From NCBI RefSeq assembly GCF_026571515.1, contig NW_026852521.1, positions 1 to 64,000 on the forward strand: 64,000 bases of DNA, given 5' to 3'. This document shows, piece after piece, positions 1 through 14,465 of this stretch. Position numbers and translations under genes: made by a program. Below the pieces are notes generated by a model. The model was not told the DNA's origin and ran no database searches. It was given only the letters and a program-made list of their open reading frames with translations. Position 1 is the first letter of the stretch; each line of letters begins with the position of its first letter. Source of the DNA: Ruditapes philippinarum. Its lineage: Eukaryota.

Positions 1-1164
1 TTTTTTTTTATAAAAGCAACCGTTTTTATTAAGGCCATATAACCCGTCAAAATCTTTTATAATTAATAATATATATGGCTAGTGATTTGTGTATAATTTT
101 AGAAATTTTATAAACATATCAAAGAACACTATAATTCATTTTCAGTCATGGTGTTAACATTTCTAGTTTCCTATACCATCAATATCTTATTGTTTTATAT
201 AACAGCGTGTTGACATTTTAGAAGGGAAAACTTCTTGTATTATATTAAAATGGTACTTGTATTTTATTACAATGTTATATGTTGATAAGACAATTTATAA
301 AGATGATGCCATAGTTATTTATCAATTATTATATAATCATTGAGGTAAGATAACGTAATGGAATTTATAAACACTAAAGTTTTTTCTGTCAATTATATAA
401 TTAATGTTTAGCTATAGCAACAGGTAATGAACCAATGAATCATGTTTCAATATGGTATTAGAATATGAAGATTTACCAGTTATCAGATAATTATTTTGTA
501 CTTTTAACTATTTTTCAAATCAATTAACGAAATGTCATTCATTGCTGTCACTCGTTATTCTGAAAGGAAAAGTCTTAAATTATCAGAAATTGGTTATAAA
601 CTATATTGTATCTGGAAGACCTTTTCTGTATTATGAGAAATAAATTTGTGATAAAATCTTGAAATAATCGCTGAAATATAATTCAAATATTTATTTCACA
701 TCTTATAAAACAAAATTTATGAACTTCAGGCATTTGCGCGTCGTGATGTTCCAATTTTAAAAAAAGTCTGGTTTTAATCTTAAAAAACAACTGTAGGTGC
801 TCATTCACTTAAATGTTAATAAATGTCTAAGGATCATAACTGAATCTGACAAGTTATCATAAGAACTCCATCCTCCGTGTAACAGTTCATCACCCGTGAT
901 TATTCATGCTTTATTATTTTATTATTGAAGGTATCTTCCCAAAGCCCATTACTCTGACATGGATTTTGACTGAATAATGATGAACTTAAAAAATTCCTAG
1001 TGCACTAACCAAAAACTCTGAATGAATGTTTTCTGTTATTTCCTACAATATGCAGTGTCTTGTTTTTTCGATATGTATCAACACTGTTAGAAGTGGAGCG
1101 CGTTGACCAACCCTACAACTCTTGTTTTTATCGTTTTATTGCAATATTAATCGTTACTTTACAG

Positions 1165-2483
1165 CATTTAGGATGGCAGCTAGCCGGACTTTGTGCGATA
1201 TTTGTGTGGTCAGCCATCCTCAGTATCATCTTATTCTTCACTCTCAAGAAAACAAAAATGCTCCGAGTTTCTTTTGAATATGAGATGAAAGGTGTGTATG
1301 TTGTTTTATAATTTGATGATGTTTGTAACGTCGATTTCGAATAATAATGCTATTCATGTACTCCCGCCGCTGGAAATCTGTCTATTATTTTCTTTTTATT
1401 CCACCTGCATAACAAACATGTTCCGTCCAACCAAATCTTGGCAAGTTACATAACTGTGTCTTCTATTTTCCAGTTATTTTCCCATTTAGCTCTTAGCTAT
1501 GCTACTACGGCAAGTTGGACATATCTTAAGTTATAACTGTACTTTGTTGCTAACACAGACACTGTCATGGTCATATGGCGAGGTTCCAGACTTACTAGTG
1601 GCGGAAGACCTCAGGTGTCTGTTCCATTACATTATTCCAGGCACAAGCTTGCACCTAAATAGAACCACTGACGTTCCGTAAGAAAACATTCAATTTGACA
1701 TAATGAGTAATGTTATTATGCTTGATAGAAATTATGTGGGCAATCATAAGTAATAGAAACAAGTAATTGATTTATGTATTAGGTTTGGACATACCGAAAC
1801 ACGGAGAAACCGCCTATCCAGCGGAGGCGTACGGTCATGGTTGGGGAGAAAAGGGCGACACTTTAGCTGGTCTGGCGAAAACAGCAATTGCATCTAGTAC
1901 AGTGACAGCCATCAATGAAGGTTAGACTTTCATTTTCTGAAAATCATTGTATTGGTTGTTATAATATATATAAAATAAATGAAAGACATTCATAAGTATT
2001 ACAAGACAATCGTATGTCTATAAAAATAATCTCGATTAGACTTCAAACAGTAAATTCGATCCTGGTTGACCTTAAAACAACAACCGGGTTTAAGCAGTAA
2101 ATTCGATCCTGGTTGACCTTAAAACAACAACCGAGCTTTTTAGAGAAATTATATACATGTATTCTACGAAACCTTTAACTGCTATGAATGTTTTCGTAAA
2201 TATTGTTTAATATAACATAGATTTGTTCCTTGTTGAACTAGAAAACATTAATTTTCATTATTCTTTAAGAGCTCCACGAATGTCGCGTTTTAACAAATTA
2301 TTAAATGACCATTAGGTGGTCCTGTCAATACAAATTTTAAATACATTTTTGTTATAATATTTAGATGTTTCGATGAGATTACCACAAAAAGCAAGCCCTG
2401 GAGAGAGCCCTGAAGTTGATGCAATGAATAACAAAAATGGTCACGTTAACAAATCATTTACTGGATCATCAACACAATTATAA
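1165..2483 (+). CDS. amt: Ammonium transporter (Amt family), last three coding exons of the upstream copy: 1165-1291, 1783-1920, 2365-2483. The 5' part lies before the window.
   Basis: AG/GT-bounded exons splice in frame to [16 protein letters not shown]...[23 protein letters not shown]...STQL*. GLD..HGE.AY is the conserved Amt C-terminal motif. AATAAA at ~3008. Confidence 0.9.
1535..1683 (-). mobile_element. SINE fragment in an Amt intron (duplicate at ~10050-10197)
   Basis: The reverse strand reads cttacggaacgtcagtggttcta..aggtgc...cacctgaggtcttccgccac...gccatatgacc, resembling the central domain of a widespread mollusc SINE (from memory). Confidence 0.55.
2048..2133. repeat. Two-copy 47-bp direct repeat (duplicate at ~10563-10649)
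   Basis: cagtaaattcgatcctggttgaccttaaaacaacaaccg occurs twice in tandem. Confidence 0.9.
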
Positions 2484-4644
2484 ATTGAAAATTCAGAAGT
2501 TGTATATATGAACATGAGTATTTTAATAAGAAGTAAAGGACAAAAAGCCTTTAAAATTCCTTATAGATGACATTGAATAATCTTACACATATTTTAGTTA
2601 CATTGTACACATGTATATTGAATATTGTTTTTATTTAATATTTTTATTTTAAGTTATATTTTAATATTTGTTATATCACATTTTGATATCTTATACTTGA
2701 AGCTGATATTTTTATATATGTTTTATAGATAGATATTCAGAGTTTACTGTCATTCGAAAGCACATTTCTTTTCTTCTGTTCAATATCTTTAAGTGATTGT
2801 CAAATATATACGCCACTAATCTGATACTGTCCGCATCTTTACTGAGTAACTCGTCACTTGCTTTTACTATATTGTCGATTTCGAACATTTAAAGGGTCAA
2901 TATTTTGTACAATGTATCATATATTTTAAACAAAACATTCATTGTATATCATATAATGTTTTATCTCATTTTAGTCGTATTTTGCGTATTTGGATATTTT
3001 TTACACTAATAAAATTATTTATATAAATGTTTGCATAGTTTTTCTGTGTTACTCTGTATCGTGACAGTATAGCCATATTCTCTTGACTCTGGATAAAAAT
3101 TGCAGAGCTATATAAACAATTAAATTTTAGTACCTAGTTTTGAATTCATTTGTATTTAACCACATCTTCTATCTTAAACTTATATATTGATTATATATTG
3201 AAAAAGTAGCGCATTGAACATACGACCGATAACTTGACGCGTCAGAGATAAAAATTAAGTAGAAATGCGTCGGATAAAAAGTAACCACTTAAATGCTTTG
3301 ATAATATTTAATGCAATTAACTGATATATGTCGATGGTAATGTATTTATAACAGAAAGTGAAATAGAACTTGTATGTTACATATTCTTCATAACTGGTAA
3401 AAATACAACATTCTACGCTTTCGAAACACATCTTTTACTGGTCTAGATTATGTGTTTAAAATAGAAGATACAACTTTAAATAATTATTATATATAAATAT
3501 TTTGATCTTGTATTGAAAGAACATCTAGGTTATTCCATTACTGATATAACTGTTGCTCAGGCTGATTATAGAGCATTAGGAATACTAATTGCTAACATTA
3601 AAGCTTTTCTGTTTGGGGCTGTGATACTTTATCTTTTTTTAATGCTGTGCTGAATACAACTGCACATTACCTTTTGTATGTTGGAAGATATACTTCAAAA
3701 TACAGCAATGTGTGGCGATGTAGAAACCTGTAATATATTTTGTTAAGAAACTGGAGTAGAATAAGTAATATGAAATAAACAAATATTTTTTATGGTCTAG
3801 TATTAGGTGTTGGAATATTAGATGTTAGAATTGGAATTTCAAATTCTGCCCATTGTTTAAGAAGTATAATATGGAATGATTGTACATTAATTTTGAAAAT
3901 CAGATACAAATACAAGAGTTGTTATTATATTGCTTATTATAATCATAATCGGAATAATACTGTCAATCAAGAAAATCAAGAATCAGCGGGAAACGGTACT
4001 TGAAGAAACAAATTAAGTTTATATAAAACATTTAAGTGTAAGTGTTGAGAATTGAGTACCGCTCAAGCCGTGCTAGGGGGCGTAAGGGATGTTGCACTTA
4101 TTCATTATCCCTCATGTACAGACTCAATCAAACCGAGTCTGCAATTTTCATGTCATTTTGTTGTGATTAATACTTCCTAGGGATCACTTGTTTCCAGATT
4201 TTTATACTTCACAACAGCAGGTGTCAAGTGCCGTGTGGCAGCTGTAAAAAGTTGCCCGTATTTCACTTCAGTGTTGTTCTGCTGAAACAGAATCACATTA
4301 CCGGTACAAACAATTACATTTGATAGCTATAAAAAGTTGTATTTAATGTAACGTTTTAATGAAGAAGCTAACATGAACTATCTGCTGTTCTACTTGTATC
4401 GTCTTTCCCAAGGGAAACATTTTTTGAACATGTTTCTATCTTTTATTTTATCATGCTACCCTTTATCCTTACCTGAATCAATATTAATAATTCAGCCTCT
4501 AATGTATCTATGTTTTATTAATGTTGTACTATCTAGTCATGAGAAGATTATTTAACTAGAACATGTTGGTTATACAACTCTCAATATGCATGACCTGTTT
4601 ATTGATTAAGCATTAAATGAGGCAAGGACTACATGTACATATGT

Positions 4645-5157
4645 TTTTAGCTCGAGTATTCAAAGAATAGTGGAATAAAGGAGCTATTCTACTCATCTCA
4701 TCAAGGCGTCAGTGTCGGCGTTTTGTTACACTTTGGTTAAAGAAGTTTGCTTGTAACTTCAAACATGTCTGAGATCATAGTAGGTCACTGTTAAAGACCG
4801 ATCTTCAAAACTACTGTTAGTGTTCACTTGAAACTTCATACATATCTTCGTGATCATAATTGAAGATCATTACCAAATTCATAAGTATGCTTTGAATACA
4901 GCATTGATTTTTAAAACTGTTGATGGTGGTATCCGCTTGACATGAGATTCATATCTTCTGAACTTTACAATTGAAGGTCACTATCCAATGCCTACAACTC
5001 TAGCATGCATTTTGGACCTACGAACGTTTTTTGTCATATGCAATACTCATATCTATATAATGTATCTGGAATGAAATCTTTCTCATTTATCAAGGTTCTT
5101 GTTTTTCTAATAAGCATTAAGAATAGTCGAGCTCGTTGTTCTACAACAGCTCTTGTT
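4645..5157 (+). mobile_element. Degenerate non-autonomous Helentron/HINE-type element, same family as 55790-57068
   Basis: 5' end ttttagctcgagtattc, a GGCGTC-like microsatellite remnant, and 3' end gaatagtcgagc...ctacaacagctcttgtt (subterminal inverted repeat plus hairpin). Confidence 0.65.
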
Positions 5158-5965
5158 ATGATAAACAATCACCAATGAAATCATTAGAAACACTTTTAAG
5201 AAATATACCTTAACACCAAAATTTACTATGCCAACTTCTAAGTTCAAAGAAAGAACATGTATCCTTCAATTGTACTCACATTATGGTGTTCATCTTAAAT
5301 ATAGTCAGCTATAAATAGGTTATGACAAAATACAATGGCTAGCTTTGAGATTGCAAATTTAAGGGATAAGTTTTGCAGCTCGTGTGTTGACATTGATTTA
5401 CTCGGGATAGTGCTATCAGCATGTCCCATATGGTTATACCCATAGTGAATAATTCATCAGACTGTAAAAGGTTTTTTGTATTAGACATATCTTGTATAAT
5501 GGTGTAATGACCGTCCGAAACTAACATTTCATTGTGTGTGTTTTTCTTTCGACGAGCCATCCAAGTATTAACGTTTAAAGTATTATTGTTTTTGCTCGTT
5601 CGTGTTGGAAGCTAAAAGCCTATTGGAAGGCTCTCGAATCCCACCCTAGGACCAACCAGTACTAAGCAATGAGTGTGGAGAAACAACGACTTGCCCTTAC
5701 GGGGTTTGAACCAACGCATTCCAGTAATCCTTAAATACATAATCCGACGCGATAATCAGTCGATATATACGATCATATAGTCATAGAGCTTAACAATAAG
5801 CTGAAGTTAACTGAAGAAACTTGTAGACAGGTCGTGAAAAAACTTGAAAAAAGCTTGAAAGTTATGCTTTTGTTATACAAGTAACACATATTGTCATGCT
5901 TACACGTACTAAAATTTTGAATGCTTTGGGATAAGTGATTTCAATAAGATTTCTGTATACTTCAG

Positions 5966-8900
5966 GATTTTGCAGGAAGCGGAGTTGTGCACATGGTAGG
6001 TGGTATTGTTGCATTTGTCGGGGCTTGGGCTCTTGGTCCACGTATAGGAAGGTTTGATAACCGTACTGGAGAACCCCTTGAAATTAGAGGACACTCAGTT
6101 CCGGTAAACACTGACAATTTTTACACCGCTTAAACTTTCTCTGAATTTCCCTAAAAGAATCTGTTCTTAAATATTATTATACCGGTATGACAATTTTATG
6201 CATTATAAAATTGTAAGATACATGTTTGCAAAAATAGAAGCAAAATCCACTATCTACAATAATTCAAAGTGTTCTAAAAGGTTCTACAATAATTTGCATT
6301 TTCTTTCTTGTACATGAAGCATGGTGTTTTGTATTCATCTCTTTAACTTTACTCAGAACTGCGAACGGTCTACTTATCAATGTTTTGTATTCTTCCGCAG
6401 TCAACCCACAAACGATCTACTTTTTACGCTTAATTATTCTTCGTTCATAATTAATCTCTGCAACATATCACAATGTTTCTCTGAAGCATATATCGTGATC
6501 TTGTAATTACTGTTGAAATCAGGGCAGTAGATATATATCTGATAATTTACTCAAATCGATAGAATATTAACGAGTTTGATTTAACCTGCTTATTGAATAT
6601 AGAACCATTCAAAATGGATACATGTCAGTCATTGACAATGCTTATATTTGAAACTGTGAAATGTTGTGGTAATAGTTTACGTAATATTAATCGATTATGG
6701 TCCATGGGGAAATTTAAATGCTTGTGAATTTCAAAATAAGTTGTAATTGAGAATTCAATATGTTACATTTTCATATTGTTGTATGTTTGAAAAAATTATA
6801 AAATGGCGACATATAATCGCATCACATCTATTTCTATTTCTCTGGTCCATATTCATATCAATACATTTCTTCTTTTTCAAAGTAAAGTGTTGATGTTGCT
6901 ATTATTATTTTGATAATTTCAGTTTGCTTCTCTTGGTGGTTTTATCCTCGTATTTGGGTTCTTTGCTTTTAACGGATCTTCCCAGGGTTCAATCTCAGCG
7001 GAAGGAGATGGCGCTGCAATCGCCGTTGCTGTTGTGAACACAGTATTGGCGGCAAGTGGCGGTGCTTTTACAACATTGATTATGAATAAGATAAAATATT
7101 TCGGTGACAAGAAATGGAGTTTTCTGACAACGTTAAACGGTTGCCTTACTGGAATGGTATTCTGTCTAATTTTATCACTGTTTCTTTATACATTTTATCA
7201 GCATATATCTTCCTTTGTAACTATATTGTGACAGATATTAACTTGATTCAGTTTAGTTTTTATTTAGTGACTGCTTCAACTTGGACTGCATTCGTTTATA
7301 ACATTATAAGAAAGAATATTACAATTTACATAGCTCTATTGATAGACTTATCACCACTATAACATTTAGAATAGAAGTTCTACATGTTAGATACTCAAGA
7401 AACATTTTTTTCAAATAAACGTTACAGCAGATAACATATTTAAGGTAAACATTGACAGGTAGCAATATGTGCAGGGTGTAACCAGTTTCAATCCTACATG
7501 GGTTTTGTCATTGGTATATTGGGCGGTGTTTCATACATGATATTTACATGGCTCGTACTAAAACTGAAGGTTGATGATCCCCTTGATGCCACAGCTGGTA
7601 ATTACATGTATCATTTCTATTCTTTAAATCAGAATATTCAAAAGAATTTGTTATCTAATTCACGTGTTATTTTCGCCTCATCAAATGTTGTTGAAGAGTC
7701 CATAAAATGGTGAAAATGGTGCAACGCTTTAACTGTATAATTGTCAAAAATCAAAAGAAGTGAAATATGGTTCATATAAATGGCATTTGGACGTTTTTGG
7801 AAACTATATCAGGCACTAAAATTAAAAGTTTTTGAGAATATAAAAGCATTTTAAGCTTAATTTACCTTTAAAACACATTAAATATTGAGCAATTTGCTGC
7901 TCTTCACCTTGTTATTACAATTTAGTTCAAAACATTGTCCCTCTACTTTTAATATTTCACATTTTACACATAATTACATGTTTCAAATTAAATGATGTAA
8001 TATCGTTCAGCTAATATATATATATATGACTATAAAAAGAATTCGAAACAATTTTATATTTAAAGTTCATTTTGGAGGAGGACTGGTTGGTGTGTTGACC
8101 GTGCCATTGTTTTCCAATGACTTTGGTATTGTGTACAATTGGGACTTGCGATCGGCTTACGTAAGTACAAGTTTTTACTGTTATACAGAAACAGATATTT
8201 TTCTTGCAAAAAATATTACATATACACATATCGCGTATTTCAGACCTAACGGATGATCGCTGTAAACCCCTGTTATGAGTAACCTTTAAATAATGATGTT
8301 ACTGTTGCTGTGGTATTAAAGACTTATATAAATGGCTCTACTGGGTGCTGTATGTTCTGATAAGGTAACTTCTATTAAACGTTTTATAATACTGCACGTT
8401 TGTAACGTCACTTTTCACTGGATAATCGTGACGTTTGTATAGTTTTATTATACACAGCTACAGTCAATTTTCCATGGCCGTATATAAACGGTTGTTCGAA
8501 CTATAACCCTCATCTCGCGACTCGGGTTATTTTTTTTAAAGCAACCGTTTTTATAAGGCCATATAACCCGTCAAAATCTTTATAATTAATAATATATATG
8601 GCTAGTGATTTGTGGTATAATTTTAGAAATTTTATAAACATATCAAAGAACACTATAATTCATTTTCAGTCATGGTGTTAACATTTCTAGTTTCCTATAC
8701 CATCAATATCTTATTGTTATATAACAGCGTGTTGACATTTTAGAAGGGAAAACTTCTTGTATTATATTAAAATGGTACTTGTATTTTATTACAATGTTAT
8801 ATGTTGATAAGACAATTTATAAAGATGATGCCATAGTTATTTATCATTATTATATAATCATTGAGGTAAGATAACGTAAATGGAATTTATAAACACTAAA

Positions 8901-11001
8901 GTTTTTCTGTCATTATATAATTAATGTTTAGCTATAGCAACAGGTAATGAACCAATGAATCATGTTTCAATATGGTATTAGAATATGAGATTTACCAGTT
9001 ATCAGATAATTATTTTGTACTTTTAACTATTTTTCAAATCAATTAACGAAATGTCATTCATTGCTGTCACTCGTTGATTCTGAAAGGAAAAGTCTTAAAT
9101 TATCAGAAAATTGGTTATAAACTATATTGTATCTGGAAGACCTTTTCTGTATTATGAGAATAAATTTGTGATAAAATCTTGAAATAATCGCTGAAATATA
9201 ATTCAAATATTTATTTCACATCTTATAAAACAAAATTTATGAACTTCAGGCATTTGCGCGTCGTGATGTTCCAATTTTAAAAAAAGTCTGGTTTAATCTT
9301 AAAAACAACTGTAGGTGCTCATTCACTTAAATGTTAATAAATGTCTAAGGATCATAACTGAATCTGACAAGTTATCATAAGAACTCCATCCTCCGTGTAA
9401 CAGTTCATCACCCGTGATTATTCATGCTTTATTATTTTATTATTGAAGGTATCTTCCCAAAGCCCATTACTCTGACATGGATTTTGACTGAATAATGATG
9501 AACTTAAAAAATTCCTAGTGCACTAACCAAAACTCTGAATGAATGTTTTCTGTTATTTCCTACAATATGCAGTGTCTTGTTTTTCGATATGTATCAACAC
9601 TGTTAGAAGTGGAGCGCGTTGACCAACCCTACAACTCTTGTTTTATCGTTTTATTGCAATATTAATCGTTACTTTACAGCATTTAGGATGGCAGCTAGCC
9701 GGACTTTGTGCGATATTTGTGTGGTCAGCCATCCTCAGTATCATCTTATTCTTCACTCTCAAGAAAACAAAAATGCTCCGAGTTTCTTTTGAATATGAGA
9801 TGAAAGGTGTGTATGTTGTTTTATAATTTGATGATGTTTGTAACGTCGATTTCGAATAATAATGCTATTCATGTACTCCGCCGCTGGAAATCTGTCTATT
9901 ATTTTCTTTTTATTCCACCTGCATAACAAACATGTTCCGTCCAACCAAATCTTGGCAAGTTACATAACTGTGTCTTCTATTTTCCAGTTATTTTCCCATT
10001 TAGCTCTTAGCTATGCTACTACGGCAAGTTGGACATATCTTAAGTTATAACTGTACTTTGTTGCTAACACAGACACTGTCATGGTCATATGGCGAGGTTC
10101 CAGACTTACTAGTGGCGGAAGACCTCAGGTGTCTGTTCCATTACATTATTCCAGGCACAAGCTTGCACCTAAATAGAACCACTGACGTTCCGTAAGAAAA
10201 CATTCAATTTGACATAATGAGTAATGTTATTATGCTTGATAGAAATTATGTGGGCAATCATAAGTAATAGAAACAAGTAATTGATTTATGTATTAGGTTT
10301 GGACATACCGAAACACGGAGAAACCGCCTATCCAGCGGAGGCGTACGGTCATGGTTGGGGAGAAAAGGGCGACACTTTAGCTGGTCTGGCGAAAACAGCA
10401 ATTGCATCTAGTACAGTGACAGCCATCAATGAAGGTTAGACTTTCATTTTCTGAAAATCATTGTATTGGTTGTTATAATATATATAAAATAAATGAAAGA
10501 CATTCATAAGTATTACAAGACAATCGTATGTCTATAAAAAATAATCTCGATTAGACTTCAAACAGTAAATTCGATCCTGGTTGACCTTAAAACAACAACC
10601 GGGGTTTAAGCAGTAAATTCGATCCTGGTTGACCTTAAAACAACAACCGAGCTTTTTTAGAGAAATTATATACATGTATTCTACGAAACCTTTAACTGCT
10701 ATGAATGTTTTCGTAAATATTGTTTAATATAACATAGATTTGTTCCTTGTTGAACTAGAAAACATTAATTTTCATTATTCTTTAAGAGCTCCACGAATGT
10801 CGCGTTTTAACAAATTATTAAATGACCATTAGGTGGTCCTGTCAATACAAATTTTAAATACATTTTTTGTTATAATATTTAGATGTTTCGATGAGATTAC
10901 CACAAAAAGCAAGCCCTGGAGAGAGCCCTGAAGTTGATGCAATGAATAACAAAAATGGTCACGTTAACAAATCATTTACTGGATCATCAACACAATTATA
11001 A
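5966..11001 (+). CDS. amt: Ammonium transporter (Amt family), 5'-truncated second copy with 7 exons: 5966-6103, 6923-7156, 7459-7597, 8066-8160, 9680-9806, 10297-10434, 10883-11001
   Basis: Spliced translation gives [13 protein letters not shown]...GPRIGRF...[42 protein letters not shown] and GLDIPKHGE. Both pore histidines are present and all intron phases are consistent. No N-terminal exons were seen between 4279 and 5965. Confidence 0.9.
8474..8562. repeat. Hairpin (palindromic) repeat element
   Basis: atggccgtatataaacggttg ... caaccgtttttataaggccat flank a central aaccctcatctcgcgactcgggtt. Confidence 0.6.
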
Positions 11002-12578
11002 ATTGAAAATTCAGAAGTTGTATATATGAACATGAGTATTTTAATAAGAAGTAAAGGACAAAAAGCCTTTAAAATTCCTTATAGATGACATTGAATAATC
11101 TTACACATATTTTAGTTACATTGTACACATGTATATTGAATATTGTTTTTATTTAATATTTTTATTTTAAGTTATATTTTAATATTTGTTATATCACATT
11201 TTGATATCTTATACTTGAAGCTGATATTTTTATATATGTTTTATAGATAGATATTCAGAGTTTACTGTCATTCGAAAGCACATTTCTTTTCTTCTGTTCA
11301 ATATCTTTAAGTGATTGTCAAATATATACGCCACTAATCTGATACTGTCCGCATCTTTACTGAGTAACTCGTCACTTGCTTTTACTATATTGTCGATTTC
11401 GAACATTTAAAGGGTCAATATTTTGTACAATGTATCATATATTTTAAACAAAACATTCATTGTATATCATATAATGTTTTATCTCATTTTAGTCGTATTT
11501 TGCGTATTTGGATATTTTTTACACTAATAAAATTATTTATATAAATGTTTGCATAGTTTTTCTGTGTTACTCTGTATCGTGACAGTATAGCCATATTCTC
11601 TTGACTCTGGATAAAAATTGCAGAGCTATATAAACAATTAAATTTTAGTACCTAGTTTTGAATTCATTTGTATTTAACCACATCTTCTATCTTAAACTTA
11701 TATATTGATTATATATTGAAAAAAGTAGCGCATTGAACATACGACCGATAACTTGACGCGTCAGAGATAAAAATTAAGTAGAAATGCGTCGGATAAAAAG
11801 TAACCACTTAAATGCTTTGATAATATTTAATGCAATTAACTGATATATGTCGATGGTAATGTATTTATAACAGAAAGTGAAATAGAACTTGTATGTTACA
11901 TATTCTTCATAACTGGTAAAAATACAACATTCTACGCTTTCGAAACACATCTTTTACTGGTCTAGATTATGTGTTTAAAATAGAAGATACAACTTTAAAT
12001 AATTATTATATATAAATATTTTGATCTTGTATTGAAAGAACATCTAGGTTATTCCATTACTGATATAACTGTTGCTCAGGCTGATTATAGAGCATTAGGA
12101 ATACTAATTGCTAACATTAAAGCTTTTCTGTTTGGGGCTGTGATACTTTATCTTTTTTTAATGCTGTGCTGAATACAACTGCACATTACCTTTTGTATGT
12201 TGGAAGATATACTTCAAAATACAGCAATGTGTGGCGATGTAGAAACCTGTAATATATTTTGTTAAGAAACTGGAGTAGAATAAGTAATATGAAATAAACA
12301 AATATTTTTATGGTCTAGTATTAGGTGTTGGAATATTAGATGTTAGAATTGGAATTTCAAATTCTGCCCATTGTTTAAGAAGTATAATATGGAATGATTG
12401 TACATTAATTTTGAAAATCAGATACAAATACAAGAGTTGTTATTATATTGCTTATTATAATCATAATCGGAATAATACTGTCAATCAAGAAAATCAAGAA
12501 TCAGCGGGAAACGGTACTTGAAGAAACAAATTAAGTTTATATAAAACATTTAAGTGTAAGTGTTGAGAATTGAGTACC

Positions 12579-12990
12579 GCTCAAGCCGTGCTAGGGGGCG
12601 TAAGGGATGTTGCACTTATTCATTATCCCTCATGTACAGACTCAATCAAACCGAGTCTGCAATTTTCATGTCATTTTGTTGTGATTAATACTTCCTAGGG
12701 ATCACTTGTTTCCAGATTTTTATACTTCACAACAGCAGGTGTCAAGTGCCGTGTGGCAGCTGTAAAAAGTTGCCCGTATTTCACTTCAGTGTTGTTATAT
12801 TTTTCTGGTCATTTGGGATCATTGATGCTAGCGCTATTAAGCTCAAGCCAGTGCTAGGGGGCGTGAGGACTGTTGCACTTATTCATTATCCCTCATGTAC
12901 AGACTCAATCAAACCGAGTCTACAATTTTCCTGTAATTTTGTCGTGACTTATGTTTTCGTTGGATCACTTTGTTTCCAACTTTTGTAACT
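12579..12990. repeat. Dispersed repeat family, two tandem ~260-bp units here. Related copies at ~4070-4278, ~14570-14605, ~20236-20330 and, reversed, ~31845-32080 and ~51090-51320.
   Basis: Shared motifs gtgctagggggcgt and the hairpin cag(a/g)ctcaatcaaaccgag(t/c)ctg. The copy at 20236 matches the linker portion 12733-12825. Confidence 0.75.
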
Positions 12991-13391
12991 GAAAACTATT
13001 GAATAAGTCACATATGGGTGCTTTCGCATTATTTCATTTTGGTACAGAACGTTTAGGCATAACACTACAATGTTTGCAAGTGGGACAACGATTGTGTTCC
13101 ACTGTCAAACCATGGTAGAAGATGTAAAACATATATGATGACCTCTATATAATTCCATCTGTATTAACTTGGTTCGAGAAGCACAAATGCTAAAACAATG
13201 GTTGTAATTCTCTCGCAGACATTGAAAAAGTAGGATATATTATTTCTTATGCAGATATTGTGTTTTAACTCCAACATACTGAACAAAAGAAAACTAGTTT
13301 TAAATTACTGTACTATTTCAAAATACATTTGCTAATTTTTTAAACCTCATTTTATTAAATGTAACTTTTTATATCTTTAATTACTCAAGAC

Positions 13392-14465
13392 ATGTCAAGT
13401 CAAATGTTTTATTGGCAAAACAAATACATGTTCATCGCCAAGTTACCGCGGCATATCGACATCACATAAGAAAAGTATGGTATACAGTTAACAAAACTAC
13501 TACAAAAACTTTACGGTTCTGTTCATGACTTAGGCTATTCACTAGTCTGTGATATTTTAAATTTACAAACGTAAATAGTAAATCTTTTTTTTTTGTCTCT
13601 TATCAACTTACGAATTGGCATTGTACATATACATGTATTATTGTATTGTATATATTGCAGAAGTGTGGGGGCATCATGCTGGTCCCGTGGTCCGAACATA
13701 GAAATTATACATACAAAGTTTTGTAGAAGATTGTTATGTGTGAAACAATCAACCAATGTAGATGTGTTATATGGTGAACTTGGTCGTACACCAATATCCA
13801 TTCATAGAAAACTAATATTGATCAAATACTGGTTAAAACTTCTTAAACTTAATGAAAGAACTATATTGTATAAAATTTTTATTATGTTAAAAACAGATGC
13901 CGACAATGGTGTAACTTGTAGTGGTAAAAACTGGGCATATACTGTTAAGACTATTTTAGAGCAGACTGGCTTGTTTTATATGTGGGAAAATCAGTTTACT
14001 ATACATATAGATTTTAATAATATTAAACAACGAATTTTAGACATATTCTATCAAAGTTGGTATTCCTCAATTAATAACTCGTCTAGATTAAATACATATT
14101 GTTTATTTAAACATTCATTCGAATTTGAAAACTATTTGGATTTTATCGTTGAACCGAAATTTAGGGTAGTTTTATCCAAATTTCGTTCATCTTCTCATAA
14201 TTTGGCTATTGAACGTGGACGGCATAGAAATATACCAAGAAATGAAAGACTGTGTAGAAATTGTAATGCCGGTCTTATAGAAAATGAGTATCAGTTTGTA
14301 TTAATATGTTCTAAATTCCAGGACTTAAGATCAAAATATAAAAAGATATTATTATACGTGGCCAACTAAACAGAAATTTGTTAATCTCATATGTGCAAAA
14401 TCAAAAGCAATAATTAATAATTAAGCAAAATATATATACTATGCAAACTTGCGAAATAACTAGTC
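13392..14465 (+). mobile_element. 5'-truncated non-LTR retrotransposon (RTE-X-like ORF2 C-terminus at ~13655-14463, frameshifted), with an apparent 3' UTR and tail in the opposite orientation at ~13392-13650
   Basis: Motifs EVWG, HTKFCRRLL, YGELGRTP, FRSSSHNLAIERGR and CRNC...ENEYQFVLIC are typical of LINE ORF2 downstream of the RT domain. The minus strand ends ...gccaataaaacatttgacttgac. Confidence 0.8.

Larger units (their letters stand above)
1..12796 (+). repeat. Tandem segmental duplication, unit ~8.5 kb (1-4278 is repeated at ~8530-12796)
   Basis: The copies align through exons, introns and 3' flank. The differences I noticed are 1-2 nt indels, mostly in homopolymers. Identity ends at ...cacttcagtgttgtt (4278 and 12796). 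Confidence 0.95.
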
